DNA of 51,232 bases from Sphingobacterium sp. UBA6711 (GCA_002454415.1 DKIT01000045.1:42122-93353), one strand, 5' to 3'; positions 1-10,233 are shown, numbered from the stretch's first letter. The notes: a model not told the origin generated them from the sequence alone. A program made the numbers and translations.

Positions 1-2
1 TC

Positions 3-446
3 ACCGTCGGATTAGCCTATAAATCGTTCTCGTTAAACACCAATTTCCGGGCGGTATTTGGGGGTAAAGTTTTCTATGAATCGCAGGCCATGACCGCACC
101 GACCGATAAGGTAAATGTACCCAGTTTTTGGGAAGATCATTGGTCCTTAGAAAATCCGGATGGCAGATTTCCACGTTATGACGATGCGGCAATGATGAAG
201 AAATGGAATTCTACCTTCTGGGCAAAAGATGGTACAACGATCCGTATCAACAATATGGTCTTCAACTGGGCTGTGCCCAAAACCTTTACGGATAAAATCA
301 ATGTTCGCTCCTTAAAGCTGATGTTGTCAGGGAATAACTTATGGACTATTGTTGCTCCATTTAAACACCGGGACCCCTATTCATCCTCCCTATATAATTA
401 CCCTACAATCCGTACGATTTCCTTTGGTTTAAACTTTGGTATTTAA
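3..446 (+). CDS. SusC/RagA TonB-dependent transporter, C-terminal part (5'-truncated by window edge)
   Basis: Frame is open from base 3. DHWSLENPDGRFPRY, LSGNNLWT and YPTIRTISFGLNFGI are typical SusC C-terminal motifs; a SusD gene follows. Confidence 0.9.
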   Translation, partial: TVGLAYKSFSLNTNFRAVFGGKVFYESQAMTAPTDKVNVPSFWEDHWSLENPDGRFPRYDDAAMMKKWNSTFWAKDGTTIRINNMVFNWAVPKTFTDKINVRSLKLMLSGNNLWTIVAPFKHRDPYSSSLYNYPTIRTISFGLNFGI

Positions 447-457
447 GATTTGAAGAC

Positions 458-2317
458 ATGAAAAGACATTTTACATACATTATAGCCTTACTGCTGACAT
501 CGAGCGCAGCCCTTATGACACAGAGCTGTAAAGATAATTTTTTTGAGCTTGTGGACCATGGTGGCTTGGATGCCCGTATTTGGGACAATGAAGGTGCCAT
601 TGAGTACTATCTGGCCGGTACATACAGCATGATTATGCCTACCCATCCGCACGAAATCACAACCAATGAGATGCAGATGCACTATGCCAGTGATGAAAAC
701 TATTTCTCAGGCACCAATGCGCCCAGTAAAAAGGTATTGGGATTAAGCGGCGAAATTACACTAAACGATGTCAAATACATCGCAACCAAATATCAGGGCA
801 CCAATGTCGGAGACAACCGCTATTTCGATATTGCGCGTTGTAACAACGCGATTGCCTATATTCCCACTGGAACGTTGTCCACCGAAGTCAAAAAGAAATT
901 TTTAGGTCAATTTTATGCGCTACGGGCAATGGTCTATTTCGAACTGACCCGTCTTTATGGCGGTGTTCCGCTTGTCCTCGACCCACAAAATCCCGATGCG
1001 CTGCAACTAAGTGGTCGCGCTTCTGCGAAAACCTGTTTTGAACAAATTGTGGCTGACCTGGATTCAGCGATGGTCAATCTCGATGGACTTGCCTGGGATG
1101 ATGCAACGGGTCGTGGTAAATTTACAAAGGCTGCCGCCGCCACGATGAAGGCCAAAGCGTTGTTATATTGGGCTAGTCCACAGTTCAATCCCACCGATAA
1201 TCCTGCACATCCTTATGATGCTCAGCGATGGGAAATTGCATTTAAAGCCAACAAGGAGGCCTACGACCTTTGTAAAGCCTTAGGTAGAGATTTGCTACCC
1301 AATTACAATGAGATCTTTTTAAAAGAAGGCACGGCTAATACCGAAGCCGTTATTGTACGATCATACTCTTCCATTTCAGAAAAGCGTTTTACGCGGGTAG
1401 AACAGTTTTCAAGACCTTCTTCCGAAGGTGGGTCTCCTCAAGATTATTATGTTGCCACCACTCAGTTGCTCAATGCTTACCGCATGAAGGACGGAACGTT
1501 GGCCAATAGCAACAATGCGCTCTATGACGATGCTTTATTTTGGAAAAACCGCGATCCGAGGTTTAAAAATACCATAGTCTATAATGGAGCCGAATGGCCT
1601 TTAAGTGGAAAAACAGGCCGAAAACAGTGGAATTATACCAATGCCGCCAAAGAGACTTCCATTAAATCCTTCTACTGTAAGAAATTTGTCAACCCGACAC
1701 TATCCTCTTCAGCTGTCGGAGTAGCAAACGATCTTGGCGGAAATGGCATGGACTGGATCGAAATAAGATTTGCGGAAGTTATGTTAAACTATGCTGAAAC
1801 GGCCAATGAAACTGGAAACCTGGCACTTGCTAAAGATTTGGTAAGATCGATCCGCCAGCGTGCCGGTATCGAACAAGGAAATTATGACTACGGATTATCG
1901 CTAGCTTCCAATACCGTACAAATGCGCGATCTGATTATGAACGAACGTCAAATTGAATTTGCCTTTGAAGGCAAGCGTTATCACGACCTGCGCCGCACAC
2001 GTCGCATGCATACGCTAGAAGGAACGATTCAAACCTATCTGTTCGAAACCAAATCTGATGCTTTAAAAAAGATATTGGAATCAGCCAATACCGCTGGAAT
2101 TTTGCATAGAGAAACCCTCGACATGAACAATAGAGATACGGTATTGAACTATTTCAAATATCCCTATAATCTGCGGGCAGAAAGCTCCAATGGTGCTTTC
2201 GCTTTCCGCGACTATTATTATTTCTATCCGCTTACCAACACTTTTATGAACTCGTCGCCATTGCTGGAACAAACAATCGGTTATGAAGGTGGCACATTTG
2301 ACCCATTAAAAGACTAA
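458..2317 (+). CDS. RagB/SusD nutrient-uptake outer membrane lipoprotein
   Basis: Lipobox-like TQSC; YFELTRLYGGVP, RDPRF, IRFAEVMLNYAE and ERQIEFAFEGKRYHDLRR motifs. Confidence 0.95.
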   Translation: MKRHFTYIIALLLTSSAALMTQSCKDNFFELVDHGGLDARIWDNEGAIEYYLAGTYSMIMPTHPHEITTNEMQMHYASDENYFSGTNAPSKKVLGLSGEITLNDVKYIATKYQGTNVGDNRYFDIARCNNAIAYIPTGTLSTEVKKKFLGQFYALRAMVYFELTRLYGGVPLVLDPQNPDALQLSGRASAKTCFEQIVADLDSAMVNLDGLAWDDATGRGKFTKAAAATMKAKALLYWASPQFNPTDNPAHPYDAQRWEIAFKANKEAYDLCKALGRDLLPNYNEIFLKEGTANTEAVIVRSYSSISEKRFTRVEQFSRPSSEGGSPQDYYVATTQLLNAYRMKDGTLANSNNALYDDALFWKNRDPRFKNTIVYNGAEWPLSGKTGRKQWNYTNAAKETSIKSFYCKKFVNPTLSSSAVGVANDLGGNGMDWIEIRFAEVMLNYAETANETGNLALAKDLVRSIRQRAGIEQGNYDYGLSLASNTVQMRDLIMNERQIEFAFEGKRYHDLRRTRRMHTLEGTIQTYLFETKSDALKKILESANTAGILHRETLDMNNRDTVLNYFKYPYNLRAESSNGAFAFRDYYYFYPLTNTFMNSSPLLEQTIGYEGGTFDPLKD

Positions 2318-2319
2318 TT

Positions 2320-3246
2320 ATGAAAAAGAAATATTTATTCCTTTTCCTCCTCCTCGGCACTTTACTTTCCTGTAAGCGGGAAGGCGACAATATTTTTAAT
2401 CTATTTGAAGATGTATCGGTTACCCTTCATCAGGAAGATGAACGCAATATTGGAACTTATAAAGATGTTGCTGTCGGTGATTCCATCTTTGTGGACTTTA
2501 CGATCAGTTCAGCAGCAAAAGATATGCATCAGGTATGGATTTTCTACAATGGAGCCGGTGCAGCTGCTTTGCGGATACCGCTATCAGAAACTGAGAAAAG
2601 AAGTTTCCGATATGTGTATAAAATTAAAGCAGATAAGGTTGGTCTATCCTCCTTCCGCATTATGGCAGTTGATAAAGAGGGGGTGTTCATGGGCGATGGG
2701 TACAAATCAGTAACTTACAATGTACAATCTGATTATGCACACCTCAATAACAGGATACTCTATATGCCGGACAGTGTCGCCCAACGCAGCGCTTGTTTCA
2801 TCAACTTGATGGAAGGAAAAACCTATACATATGCTGAAGCTAAAGCAAATCCGGAGAAAATCGATTTTGGCTTATACCGAACATACACTGTTGGAAGCAA
2901 CGGTACAATCACATATAGCTATAACCTTTATTCCTTGAGTTTAAATACAATCCCTTTCAAGGCTTTTGATTTTACCGACCTTTCGGGGAAAGGCCGGGCG
3001 ACATACTTTTCGGGTATACAAAATAATCAAGCTACTGCATTTCTAAATACATTAACTTCCGGTTCAACGATACAATCCAATGCGATTTCCAGAAAAACCA
3101 CCAATCTTTCGTTGAATGATCTTAAAGTGGGCAGTATGTTCTATTTCAAGACGCCCGATGAAAAGTATGGCGTCGTGATCGTCAATGCATTGAGCGGATT
3201 TGACAACAATCGCTATTTGAACATTAGCATCAAACGGCAAAACTAA
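2320..3246 (+). CDS. PUL-associated surface lipoprotein of unknown function
   Basis: MKKK...LLSC lipoprotein signal, 2 bp after susD, beta-rich sequence. Confidence 0.75.
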   Translation: MKKKYLFLFLLLGTLLSCKREGDNIFNLFEDVSVTLHQEDERNIGTYKDVAVGDSIFVDFTISSAAKDMHQVWIFYNGAGAAALRIPLSETEKRSFRYVYKIKADKVGLSSFRIMAVDKEGVFMGDGYKSVTYNVQSDYAHLNNRILYMPDSVAQRSACFINLMEGKTYTYAEAKANPEKIDFGLYRTYTVGSNGTITYSYNLYSLSLNTIPFKAFDFTDLSGKGRATYFSGIQNNQATAFLNTLTSGSTIQSNAISRKTTNLSLNDLKVGSMFYFKTPDEKYGVVIVNALSGFDNNRYLNISIKRQN

Positions 3247-3273
3247 TTTCGTCCCTTTTTATCCCTTAATATC

Positions 3274-3310
3274 GGGGTACCCACAGCTCTGTCGGTACCC
3301 CTTTTCCTTT
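3274..3310 (+). terminator. Rho-independent terminator
   Basis: GGGGTACC-cACAGctCTGTc-GGTACCCC hairpin followed by TTTTCCTTT. Confidence 0.75.
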
Positions 3311-3412
3311 GGCCAAAACCGCTAATTTTCTTATAAATACGCATAAAATACACGCGCCTTCTTGCAGGATTTAGCCATAATTATGACGCCATACCACGCT
3401 AGTTTAGTGATG

Positions 3413-3447
3413 AAGAAAGCCCCGCAGGTCTGCAGGGCTTTCTTTTT
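3413..3447. terminator. Terminator, probably bidirectional, at the L,D-transpeptidase 3' end
   Basis: AAGAAAGCCC...GGGCTTTCTT stem with A/T tails, abutting the stop codon at 3447. Confidence 0.75.
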
Positions 3448-4793
3448 TAGTTTCCGCTATTATACGCAACAGGTTTTGGATACCCCTTTCCACTTAATGC
3501 TGCAATAGGCACCACCAGTTCCTTTTGACCAAGCACAGCTTGAGTAACTTTTCCTTTGTCTGCCCGATTTTCTTTCGCAGCCTCTCTTTTTTTACTGTCC
3601 GGCGCATTCGTACTGTTTCCATCGGCTTTTACGCCCGCGATTTTATTTCCGCGTGCATCCTGGTTCATCTCATCCAGTGCGCTGCTGAGATTTGCCTTTT
3701 CCGCTGCATTTAGCTTATCATAGTTAATTCCGTAAGCATCAAGCACACGAGTCGCATTTTCGACGGTATTAGTCCCTCGTTCATACACATCCCTATAGAT
3801 GTGAAGATTACCATCCTGGGCAACAATAGTTTCATAACGGAGTTCAACGAGGACTGGTGTTGCTAACTTAACGGTTTCAGTTTTAGTAGCCTTTTTTTGG
3901 TAATCAGCGATCTTTTCAGCTGAAATACCTGCTCCTGCAATTTGCGAAAGGTATTTTGTAAAATCCTGCACCTGCGTATCCGTAAGTCCAACACATCCAT
4001 GTGAGGCAAAAGCTCCTAATTTAGCTGGCGCCTTTCCACCGTGGATCAAGGAAGGGAGGCCAATTGGAATTTTAATAGGTCCTAATGGATTGAGTTCACT
4101 TCCCGCAGGTACCTTTTCGCCAGCCGAAACCTTTCCCTTTACCCAAGGCTCATCAGGAGGAGTCCATGTGGGATTGAAAATAATATTAACGGCCTTTCGT
4201 ACACCCGTCGGCAGGGGGAATTCAGGATACCCGATTCCGATTTTATACGTTTTGATCAGTTTTCCTTTTTCAAAAACATCCATTCTAAAAGCGGGCGCAT
4301 TGACAAGAATGCGTGTATCTTCAGGCACCTGATTTGGCTTCAAGGGTAATGTATGGCTACTGTCAGCATAGCGTTGGGCCATTAGTCCAAAAAACTGTCC
4401 TGCTTTATCCTCGCCGAGGATTCGGACAATTTCTTTTGTGGCCTGTTCAATAGCCTCTTTGAAAGAATTTGTCCCTTTGTCATCATTTTCATCGAGACTT
4501 TCCACAGCAGTATTTGCAGCGAGCTTGAGTTCTTTAATCTGCTGATTGTTAAGCTGTAGTTTTTCTTTGAGATCCTGGGCAAAATTTTCTTCATAAAATA
4601 GCGCATTCAGCAATGGTAGCGTAAAGTCTGTATTTTCCGCACGCTCCATTATCGTTGCTTCTTTATTTTCCGACTTGGTTTTATTGCCTTCTCTGTTTTG
4701 ACAGGCCACCAATAAGCATGTCACTACGAGCAAGCTTCCCACATATTTTCCGAATGTGTATTTATTCCTATAAGATTTTCTCCTGTTCTTCAT
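3447..4793 (-). CDS. L,D-transpeptidase (YkuD family) lipoprotein
   Basis: NPTWTPP, NPLG and IHGG...ASHGCV catalytic motif; lipobox LVAC. ATG at 4793 preferred over TTG at 4808. Confidence 0.9.
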   Translation of the reverse strand: MKNRRKSYRNKYTFGKYVGSLLVVTCLLVACQNREGNKTKSENKEATIMERAENTDFTLPLLNALFYEENFAQDLKEKLQLNNQQIKELKLAANTAVESLDENDDKGTNSFKEAIEQATKEIVRILGEDKAGQFFGLMAQRYADSSHTLPLKPNQVPEDTRILVNAPAFRMDVFEKGKLIKTYKIGIGYPEFPLPTGVRKAVNIIFNPTWTPPDEPWVKGKVSAGEKVPAGSELNPLGPIKIPIGLPSLIHGGKAPAKLGAFASHGCVGLTDTQVQDFTKYLSQIAGAGISAEKIADYQKKATKTETVKLATPVLVELRYETIVAQDGNLHIYRDVYERGTNTVENATRVLDAYGINYDKLNAAEKANLSSALDEMNQDARGNKIAGVKADGNSTNAPDSKKREAAKENRADKGKVTQAVLGQKELVVPIAALSGKGYPKPVAYNSGN

Positions 4794-4952
4794 ACACTCA
4801 TTCAACAAGATTACTGTTGAAATAGTTTACCGAAAATAATTATTCACTAAAAAAACACCAGTCAAAATAGTAAATATCAATAAATTATTTGCGAACAAAC
4901 GTTCATACCAACACACGACAGCCAATCTCCCTCAAAGGATGGTGCTCAGCGA

Positions 4953-5444
4953 TTAAAGAAAACCATCAAGCGCATAATTTATCGTCATTGTCTTAATGAC
5001 TAAAATAAAAATAATCAACTGGATCAGACAGCAGAATAACCAGCAGGATAAAAAGGATAAATACCAATAGCGTGATCGCACACCTCTCGAGCAGGCATCG
5101 GACCATAACTCAATGCATTTAATCAATAGGAACAATGTACTCAGGATCAACCCCGGTATCCCAACGATAATGGCAGTCCAAAAGACAGCATCCGGCCAAA
5201 ATTGTATTCGTTCGACATCTGACAACCTTAAATCAGCTATAAGCATCGCAAAACAGGTATTGGCAAGTAAAACAAGGATCAATGTTCTTTCGATCATTTG
5301 TTCACGTGTTATAGGGGCGGCAGATTTGATATTTGACCACGAGATCAATAGGTTCATACAAAAAAGGCCCAAAATGATACATGGAAAGTACAACAGAAAC
5401 AGGGTCATGCTTGTATCGAACGATATTATCATCTTTTCCTTCAT
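4953..5444 (-). CDS. Hypothetical membrane protein (about 4 TM)
   Basis: 163-aa ORF with four hydrophobic segments; no recognisable family motif. Confidence 0.6.
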   Translation of the reverse strand: MKEKMIISFDTSMTLFLLYFPCIILGLFCMNLLISWSNIKSAAPITREQMIERTLILVLLANTCFAMLIADLRLSDVERIQFWPDAVFWTAIIVGIPGLILSTLFLLIKCIELWSDACSRGVRSRYWYLSFLSCWLFCCLIQLIIFILVIKTMTINYALDGFL

Positions 5445-5547
5445 TAGGCTTGGCTATTAATCAAAAACAGCCTTAAAAGTGAAGGCTATTCATAGTCATG
5501 ATTAAATTTAATCAAAATAACAACATAAAGGAACAAATGCCACAAGT

Positions 5548-7812
5548 TTATTCCATACTAACTTCATCGATCGCCAACAATGGTTTGCGCCTACGTGCAC
5601 CTTCAAACCAATCTGGAAGGTCCTTCGGAAAGCGTATTTGGACGCGCAGGTAACGCATCTTTTTTTGTGAAAGTGCTATTGAGACCGTATGAACCTTCGC
5701 ACTGTTATCAGTTGGAATATTCTCGGCCACTCGTTGCATGCCAATATCTTGATAGATTTTACCATCAACTGATGCTTCTACCTGTATTTCTTTTGGCAGA
5801 AAAAGATAATGGACGGGATCAAATAGAAAATTTAATTTCACACGCGATGCCGTCTGCTCCCCTTGGAGCGGAAAAACAAGCTCAACATGTCCATCGTTAA
5901 ATAAAAGCCAATTATAACTATAATCAGTATCGCCAAATAGTCCATCACTGAGCGTACGGTCTCCATTAGCCACGTAGTCTTCCAAATAACGCGGCTTGAA
6001 TGTTGGAATTTTACCCAAAATCGCAGATCCACCATAAGGTCTTCGCATAATATCCAGCCATCGATTGCGGTATTCCTCCAGACTACCGTTGACCTCTGCC
6101 AGCTCCCTTCCCCCCGCCTTCAATACATCGTCGACAAAATGATCGATACGCCCGGCCCACATCGGATCCACTTGCCATTTTCCTTCACTTACCTGCTTTA
6201 AAAATCCCAGGGGATGACTACCATAGGTCTTGGCTTGTTCTAAAGTAGCATATTCCCAGCCCAAGAGTAGTGTATTGACCCGATTTGCCAAGAGTGGATC
6301 ATGCGCTACTTCAGCCCGTGCCGCGTTCAAGGTCTTCCTATATCCACTCATTTCCTTTTCATGAAGATATCCCTTGCGATCAGTAATTGGATTACCATAG
6401 ATATCCAGCACCGCATGATGTGTTTTTCTGGCCTCAATTAACTGCTCAACATAGCGTTGAACAGCGCGCGAGGCAGAGCCATAGTACCCTTCGAAAAAGT
6501 CCTTCGAAACCCGATTGGGATCGATCGTTGGGTTCCATAGGCTCTTGGCCTGTAGGTAACTTGCGTAGGCAGACATGCCACTCAAGGTTGTCCCACTTCC
6601 ATGCTCGAAGATTCCTTTAATTCCATTGCGATACATATAGGCGATATTATCGTGATATTGATCGTACATTGGAAAAGGATTGAGGTAAGCCGTAAATTGT
6701 GTTGTATAATCCCATACAAACAGATTTGCGGTAAGTTTTGACCATTGCTGCAACTGCCTACGGAAATCGGCCGCGGTGGGATTGGTAGCGATAGCTTGTT
6801 GACGCGTGACATCGACAGTACTCAACATCACATATACATTTTCTCGAGGTTTAGTACGCTTTGGAGCCTCTGCCGTATATCCGTACGCCAGTGTGGTAAA
6901 TATTTGTTTTGGAAAATGGGAAGCAACCCGATTGACGAAGCGTATAAGCGTTCCTTGTGCCCCCCCTTCTTCCTGATCAACCTTCGCGCAACGATCACAC
7001 GTACAGTACCCTCGGCCATCCATAGGTGCGATAGACCAGTACATCGCATCTGGGTTATCAGCTATAACATCCTTAAAATAGCCGATCGCTATTTTTTCTA
7101 CCTCAGGATTTGTCAAACATAGCTGACTGGCCTGACGTCTTCCATTTGTCCACGCAAAGTACTCCGGGTGAGCGGTGAAATAACGATCTGGGGGAATAAT
7201 CTTAAAAAAAGAATGTCCCCAAAGTCCCCATAGATCCTCAAATCGATGCAAATGGTGCCAGTCGAGGTATTCAGCATCCATTGAAGATGGATAATAGGAC
7301 TCCCGATAAATCAGTGGCGGTTCATAACGCATCAATAGATCTTTTGGTAGGGTTAAATTTTCCCGTTGAAGTACCCATGCCGCCCCCTGATCGTATTTAC
7401 GTGCGCCAAACTGCTTTTCGATCAGTTCATAAACGCCATATAACAATCCCTTACCTGAACCGCCTCTTAAATATATATTTTCTCCTTGAACCCTGACCTC
7501 AAACCCTTCTCTACCGAGCAGAGCGGCGTTGCTAACGGCCGAATTAAACAAACTATTTCCAATAAAAAAAACATGAGCTTTCGTTCCGGATGGCGTGGAA
7601 AGAATATCCACTGTCACTCCCGTCATGCGTTTCAAGTAATCCTGTAAGATGAAGGCTGACTTCCTTTCCAAAGATGAAGGTTCGACGGGGATGACAATTT
7701 CAGTCCTTGATTTTTTCTCCAGCACAATCTTCAGCTCATTCGCGCTACAACTGTTTAAAAGCAAGACGAACACAAATAGTAACGAGCGTATTTGTTTTTT
7801 TACGATTTTCAC
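5548..7812 (-). CDS. DUF4838-domain lipoprotein (putative glycoside hydrolase-like; GH20/GH67-type N-domain, F5/8-like C-domain)
   Basis: Lipobox LNSC; G.LYGVYELIE, HPEYFA...QLCLTNP, CTCDRC, TLAY and WDY motifs; C-terminal LSDG...AIDEV beta-sandwich. Confidence 0.8.
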   Translation of the reverse strand: MKIVKKQIRSLLFVFVLLLNSCSANELKIVLEKKSRTEIVIPVEPSSLERKSAFILQDYLKRMTGVTVDILSTPSGTKAHVFFIGNSLFNSAVSNAALLGREGFEVRVQGENIYLRGGSGKGLLYGVYELIEKQFGARKYDQGAAWVLQRENLTLPKDLLMRYEPPLIYRESYYPSSMDAEYLDWHHLHRFEDLWGLWGHSFFKIIPPDRYFTAHPEYFAWTNGRRQASQLCLTNPEVEKIAIGYFKDVIADNPDAMYWSIAPMDGRGYCTCDRCAKVDQEEGGAQGTLIRFVNRVASHFPKQIFTTLAYGYTAEAPKRTKPRENVYVMLSTVDVTRQQAIATNPTAADFRRQLQQWSKLTANLFVWDYTTQFTAYLNPFPMYDQYHDNIAYMYRNGIKGIFEHGSGTTLSGMSAYASYLQAKSLWNPTIDPNRVSKDFFEGYYGSASRAVQRYVEQLIEARKTHHAVLDIYGNPITDRKGYLHEKEMSGYRKTLNAARAEVAHDPLLANRVNTLLLGWEYATLEQAKTYGSHPLGFLKQVSEGKWQVDPMWAGRIDHFVDDVLKAGGRELAEVNGSLEEYRNRWLDIMRRPYGGSAILGKIPTFKPRYLEDYVANGDRTLSDGLFGDTDYSYNWLLFNDGHVELVFPLQGEQTASRVKLNFLFDPVHYLFLPKEIQVEASVDGKIYQDIGMQRVAENIPTDNSAKVHTVSIALSQKKMRYLRVQIRFPKDLPDWFEGARRRKPLLAIDEVSME

Positions 7813-7824
7813 ACGATCAATTTT

Positions 7825-10233
7825 TTATAACTGTAAGGATAAACTGGCCGATACTGCCATGTCACTATGGACAAACAAACGTATTGCCTCGAGCACGGTA
7901 AGTAACCGATTTTTGGTTTCATAATATGGAATTCCAAATCGAAGGATATTAGCCGATCCATCTTCCAAACGACAGCCTTTAATGCATTTCACATGAATTT
8001 TCTCCTGATTTAGAAAATCATATAGTGGGTAAGGATCATAATCCCAAAAAACCAAACTGATCACTGGAGATATCTCCTCCTCCGCAAAACGATACGGTAA
8101 ACCTATTTGATCCAGTACGGCCGCCAATTCCATTCTGAAAAAAGTGGCCAAGTATGTACTTCGCTCGAAAATAGCCGCTGGCCCTATGCTTCTATACTGT
8201 TGCAAACAGACCCGTAATCGTTCATAAAGAAGAAAATCTTGCCCACCGGGTATACTAAATCCATGGGTTTTGGGATCTGGAAAAAGATCTTGTTTATTCC
8301 AATACAGGGCCCCAAGCCACTGCGCAAAATCTTCTTTTAGCCAAGTTAACCCAGCGCCTTGCGGGCCTTGAAGCCATTTATGGGCACTTCCAACCAGGAT
8401 GTCCGCCGCACCGAAGGGTATTTCCCGGACACCAAGGGATTGCGCGACATCTACGATCAAAACAGCATGTGGAGCAGCGCTTTTTATGACGGACAAGCTG
8501 GTGGCATCCTGTATCTGTCTACCCGAATGATAATAAACCTGAGACAACAGGACAACATCAGGTTGAAGCTGCTGAAGCTGACTTTGCAATACCTCCGCAT
8601 CACGAAGCGTGCGATCCGATAGATAGATCACATGATATTCTGGCAGCTGTTCAAAAGGACCTATTCCACCCGGATGTTCATGCTCACTTGTGACGACCAT
8701 AAATGGACCTGTTCTCTTCGTTTGAAGTTTACGCAATAGACTGAGCGCCATTAGATTCATCAGTTGTGACGTACTTTGTGTAATCATCAATCGATATCCC
8801 TCCGAAGGCCACAAGACGGCACAATCTCTTTTTATGGCGACATAGGCTTCGCGGCCCATCGCATAAAATGCCAAAGGATTACCATTTGCTTTTGATAAAA
8901 ATTGCTTCTCCTGATGTTGAGGAAGGGTGCTCAAACAGCCTGGATTCAGATTAATCCGATCGGAGAGAAATTTTTCATTTCGGATACGGTCCCAATAGGG
9001 CTCATTTTCGGTCTGTATCTTTTTTTCGCTACAGTCGAAATCCACTTTCTGCTCCTTTTTGGTCATACGCCAAGATTCGTGCGGCGCGCAATGGTGGGCG
9101 ATCAGTGAAATGCGCCGTCCCAATAATAATTCGATCGTTTCTCTAACGATGGCGACAAAATCAGTGTGGAATAGATCGCTTCCTTTTAAGGCTGTTTCGA
9201 TATCAAAACGTGGCTTTTCGGAAAAATTCTCGCCACGTATATCTGCGGTATACAGCAGTTCGGGATCCAATCCCGCCTCTTTGGCAACGGTGACGATATC
9301 ACTTGCCAGCTCATTGATGGAATAATGGGTTTCAGTAACATGGTTGACTACCCGATGTTGTCCCACTTCGGGAATATCATCAACAAATCGTGCCAACGAG
9401 GCTACCGCGTCCCGCAGAGACATCAAGCCTGTACGTTGATGCCCCGACCCGTAGATGGTCAATGGATGTCCATATACCGCTTGTGCGACAAAGCGATTCG
9501 CCACTGTCCCAAATATTGGATCGTAATCAAAACGCGTAAATAGTGTCGAACAACCATCCATCTCATCCGTCAGCAGACCAAAAATAGTCGCCTGCATCAC
9601 TTCTGTAATCCGTAGTCCCCAAGTTCGTGTCGCCATCGCGACATAATTAGAGTCATTTATCTTTGACACATGATAGATATCATCTGCCGCTCTGGGATAA
9701 GGTAACATGGTCGATGCGATCTGCCCTTTATAGCTGGGCTGAAAATAGCCTTCCGCGATCGGAAGCCCACCTTTAGCATACTCCCCAAAAGATCCCAATT
9801 TAATGATATGTGCTTGTGGGATATGATTACGTACGGCCCAGAGCAGACGCATATTGCCTTCTTCGTTATTACGGAGTGTATGTAGCGCTTGTTCGATTCC
9901 TAACATCGAATACGTTGCGGAGCATTGTTGCGCCAGATGATAAATGTCATATGGTCGCTCCTGACGAATAAGGTCTTCCAAATCGTCGCCACAGATATCC
10001 AGGAGATGACACCGCATATTTTTGCGGTCATATTTTCGCTGAAAGGCATCGATACGATCCGGCAGTTCTGGCAGCATCATCCAAGGGGCGAAGCCCATTT
10101 CATTGACAATGTCTCTACGCCAGCGATTATCCACCAAAATAATTTTCTGATCGGGATGGTTTAGCGCTAGTTTCATCGCTAAGGGCCATCCTAAATACCC
10201 ATCCGCACCTAAAATCAAAATTGTCCGATTCAT
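7825..10233 (-). CDS. Fusion: UDP-sulfoquinovose synthase (SqdB/SQD1)-like SDR plus class V PLP-dependent (cysteine desulfurase-like) domain
   Basis: N-half has GADGYLGW, KLGSFGEY, IAEGY, LPYP, YHVSKIND and RFDYDPIFGTVANRFVAQAVYGHPLTIYGSG, closely paralleling SQD1. C-half has INLNPG, EHEH, DVAQSLG and SAHKWLQGPQGAG (PLP lysine). Confidence 0.85.
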   Translation of the reverse strand: MNRTILILGADGYLGWPLAMKLALNHPDQKIILVDNRWRRDIVNEMGFAPWMMLPELPDRIDAFQRKYDRKNMRCHLLDICGDDLEDLIRQERPYDIYHLAQQCSATYSMLGIEQALHTLRNNEEGNMRLLWAVRNHIPQAHIIKLGSFGEYAKGGLPIAEGYFQPSYKGQIASTMLPYPRAADDIYHVSKINDSNYVAMATRTWGLRITEVMQATIFGLLTDEMDGCSTLFTRFDYDPIFGTVANRFVAQAVYGHPLTIYGSGHQRTGLMSLRDAVASLARFVDDIPEVGQHRVVNHVTETHYSINELASDIVTVAKEAGLDPELLYTADIRGENFSEKPRFDIETALKGSDLFHTDFVAIVRETIELLLGRRISLIAHHCAPHESWRMTKKEQKVDFDCSEKKIQTENEPYWDRIRNEKFLSDRINLNPGCLSTLPQHQEKQFLSKANGNPLAFYAMGREAYVAIKRDCAVLWPSEGYRLMITQSTSQLMNLMALSLLRKLQTKRTGPFMVVTSEHEHPGGIGPFEQLPEYHVIYLSDRTLRDAEVLQSQLQQLQPDVVLLSQVYYHSGRQIQDATSLSVIKSAAPHAVLIVDVAQSLGVREIPFGAADILVGSAHKWLQGPQGAGLTWLKEDFAQWLGALYWNKQDLFPDPKTHGFSIPGGQDFLLYERLRVCLQQYRSIGPAAIFERSTYLATFFRMELAAVLDQIGLPYRFAEEEISPVISLVFWDYDPYPLYDFLNQEKIHVKCIKGCRLEDGSANILRFGIPYYETKNRLLTVLEAIRLFVHSDMAVSASLSLQL

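Noticed and set aside
3302..3412. Possible sRNA between two terminator hairpins
   Set aside because: Each hairpin is explained by a convergent flanking gene; no promoter or conserved structure is evident.
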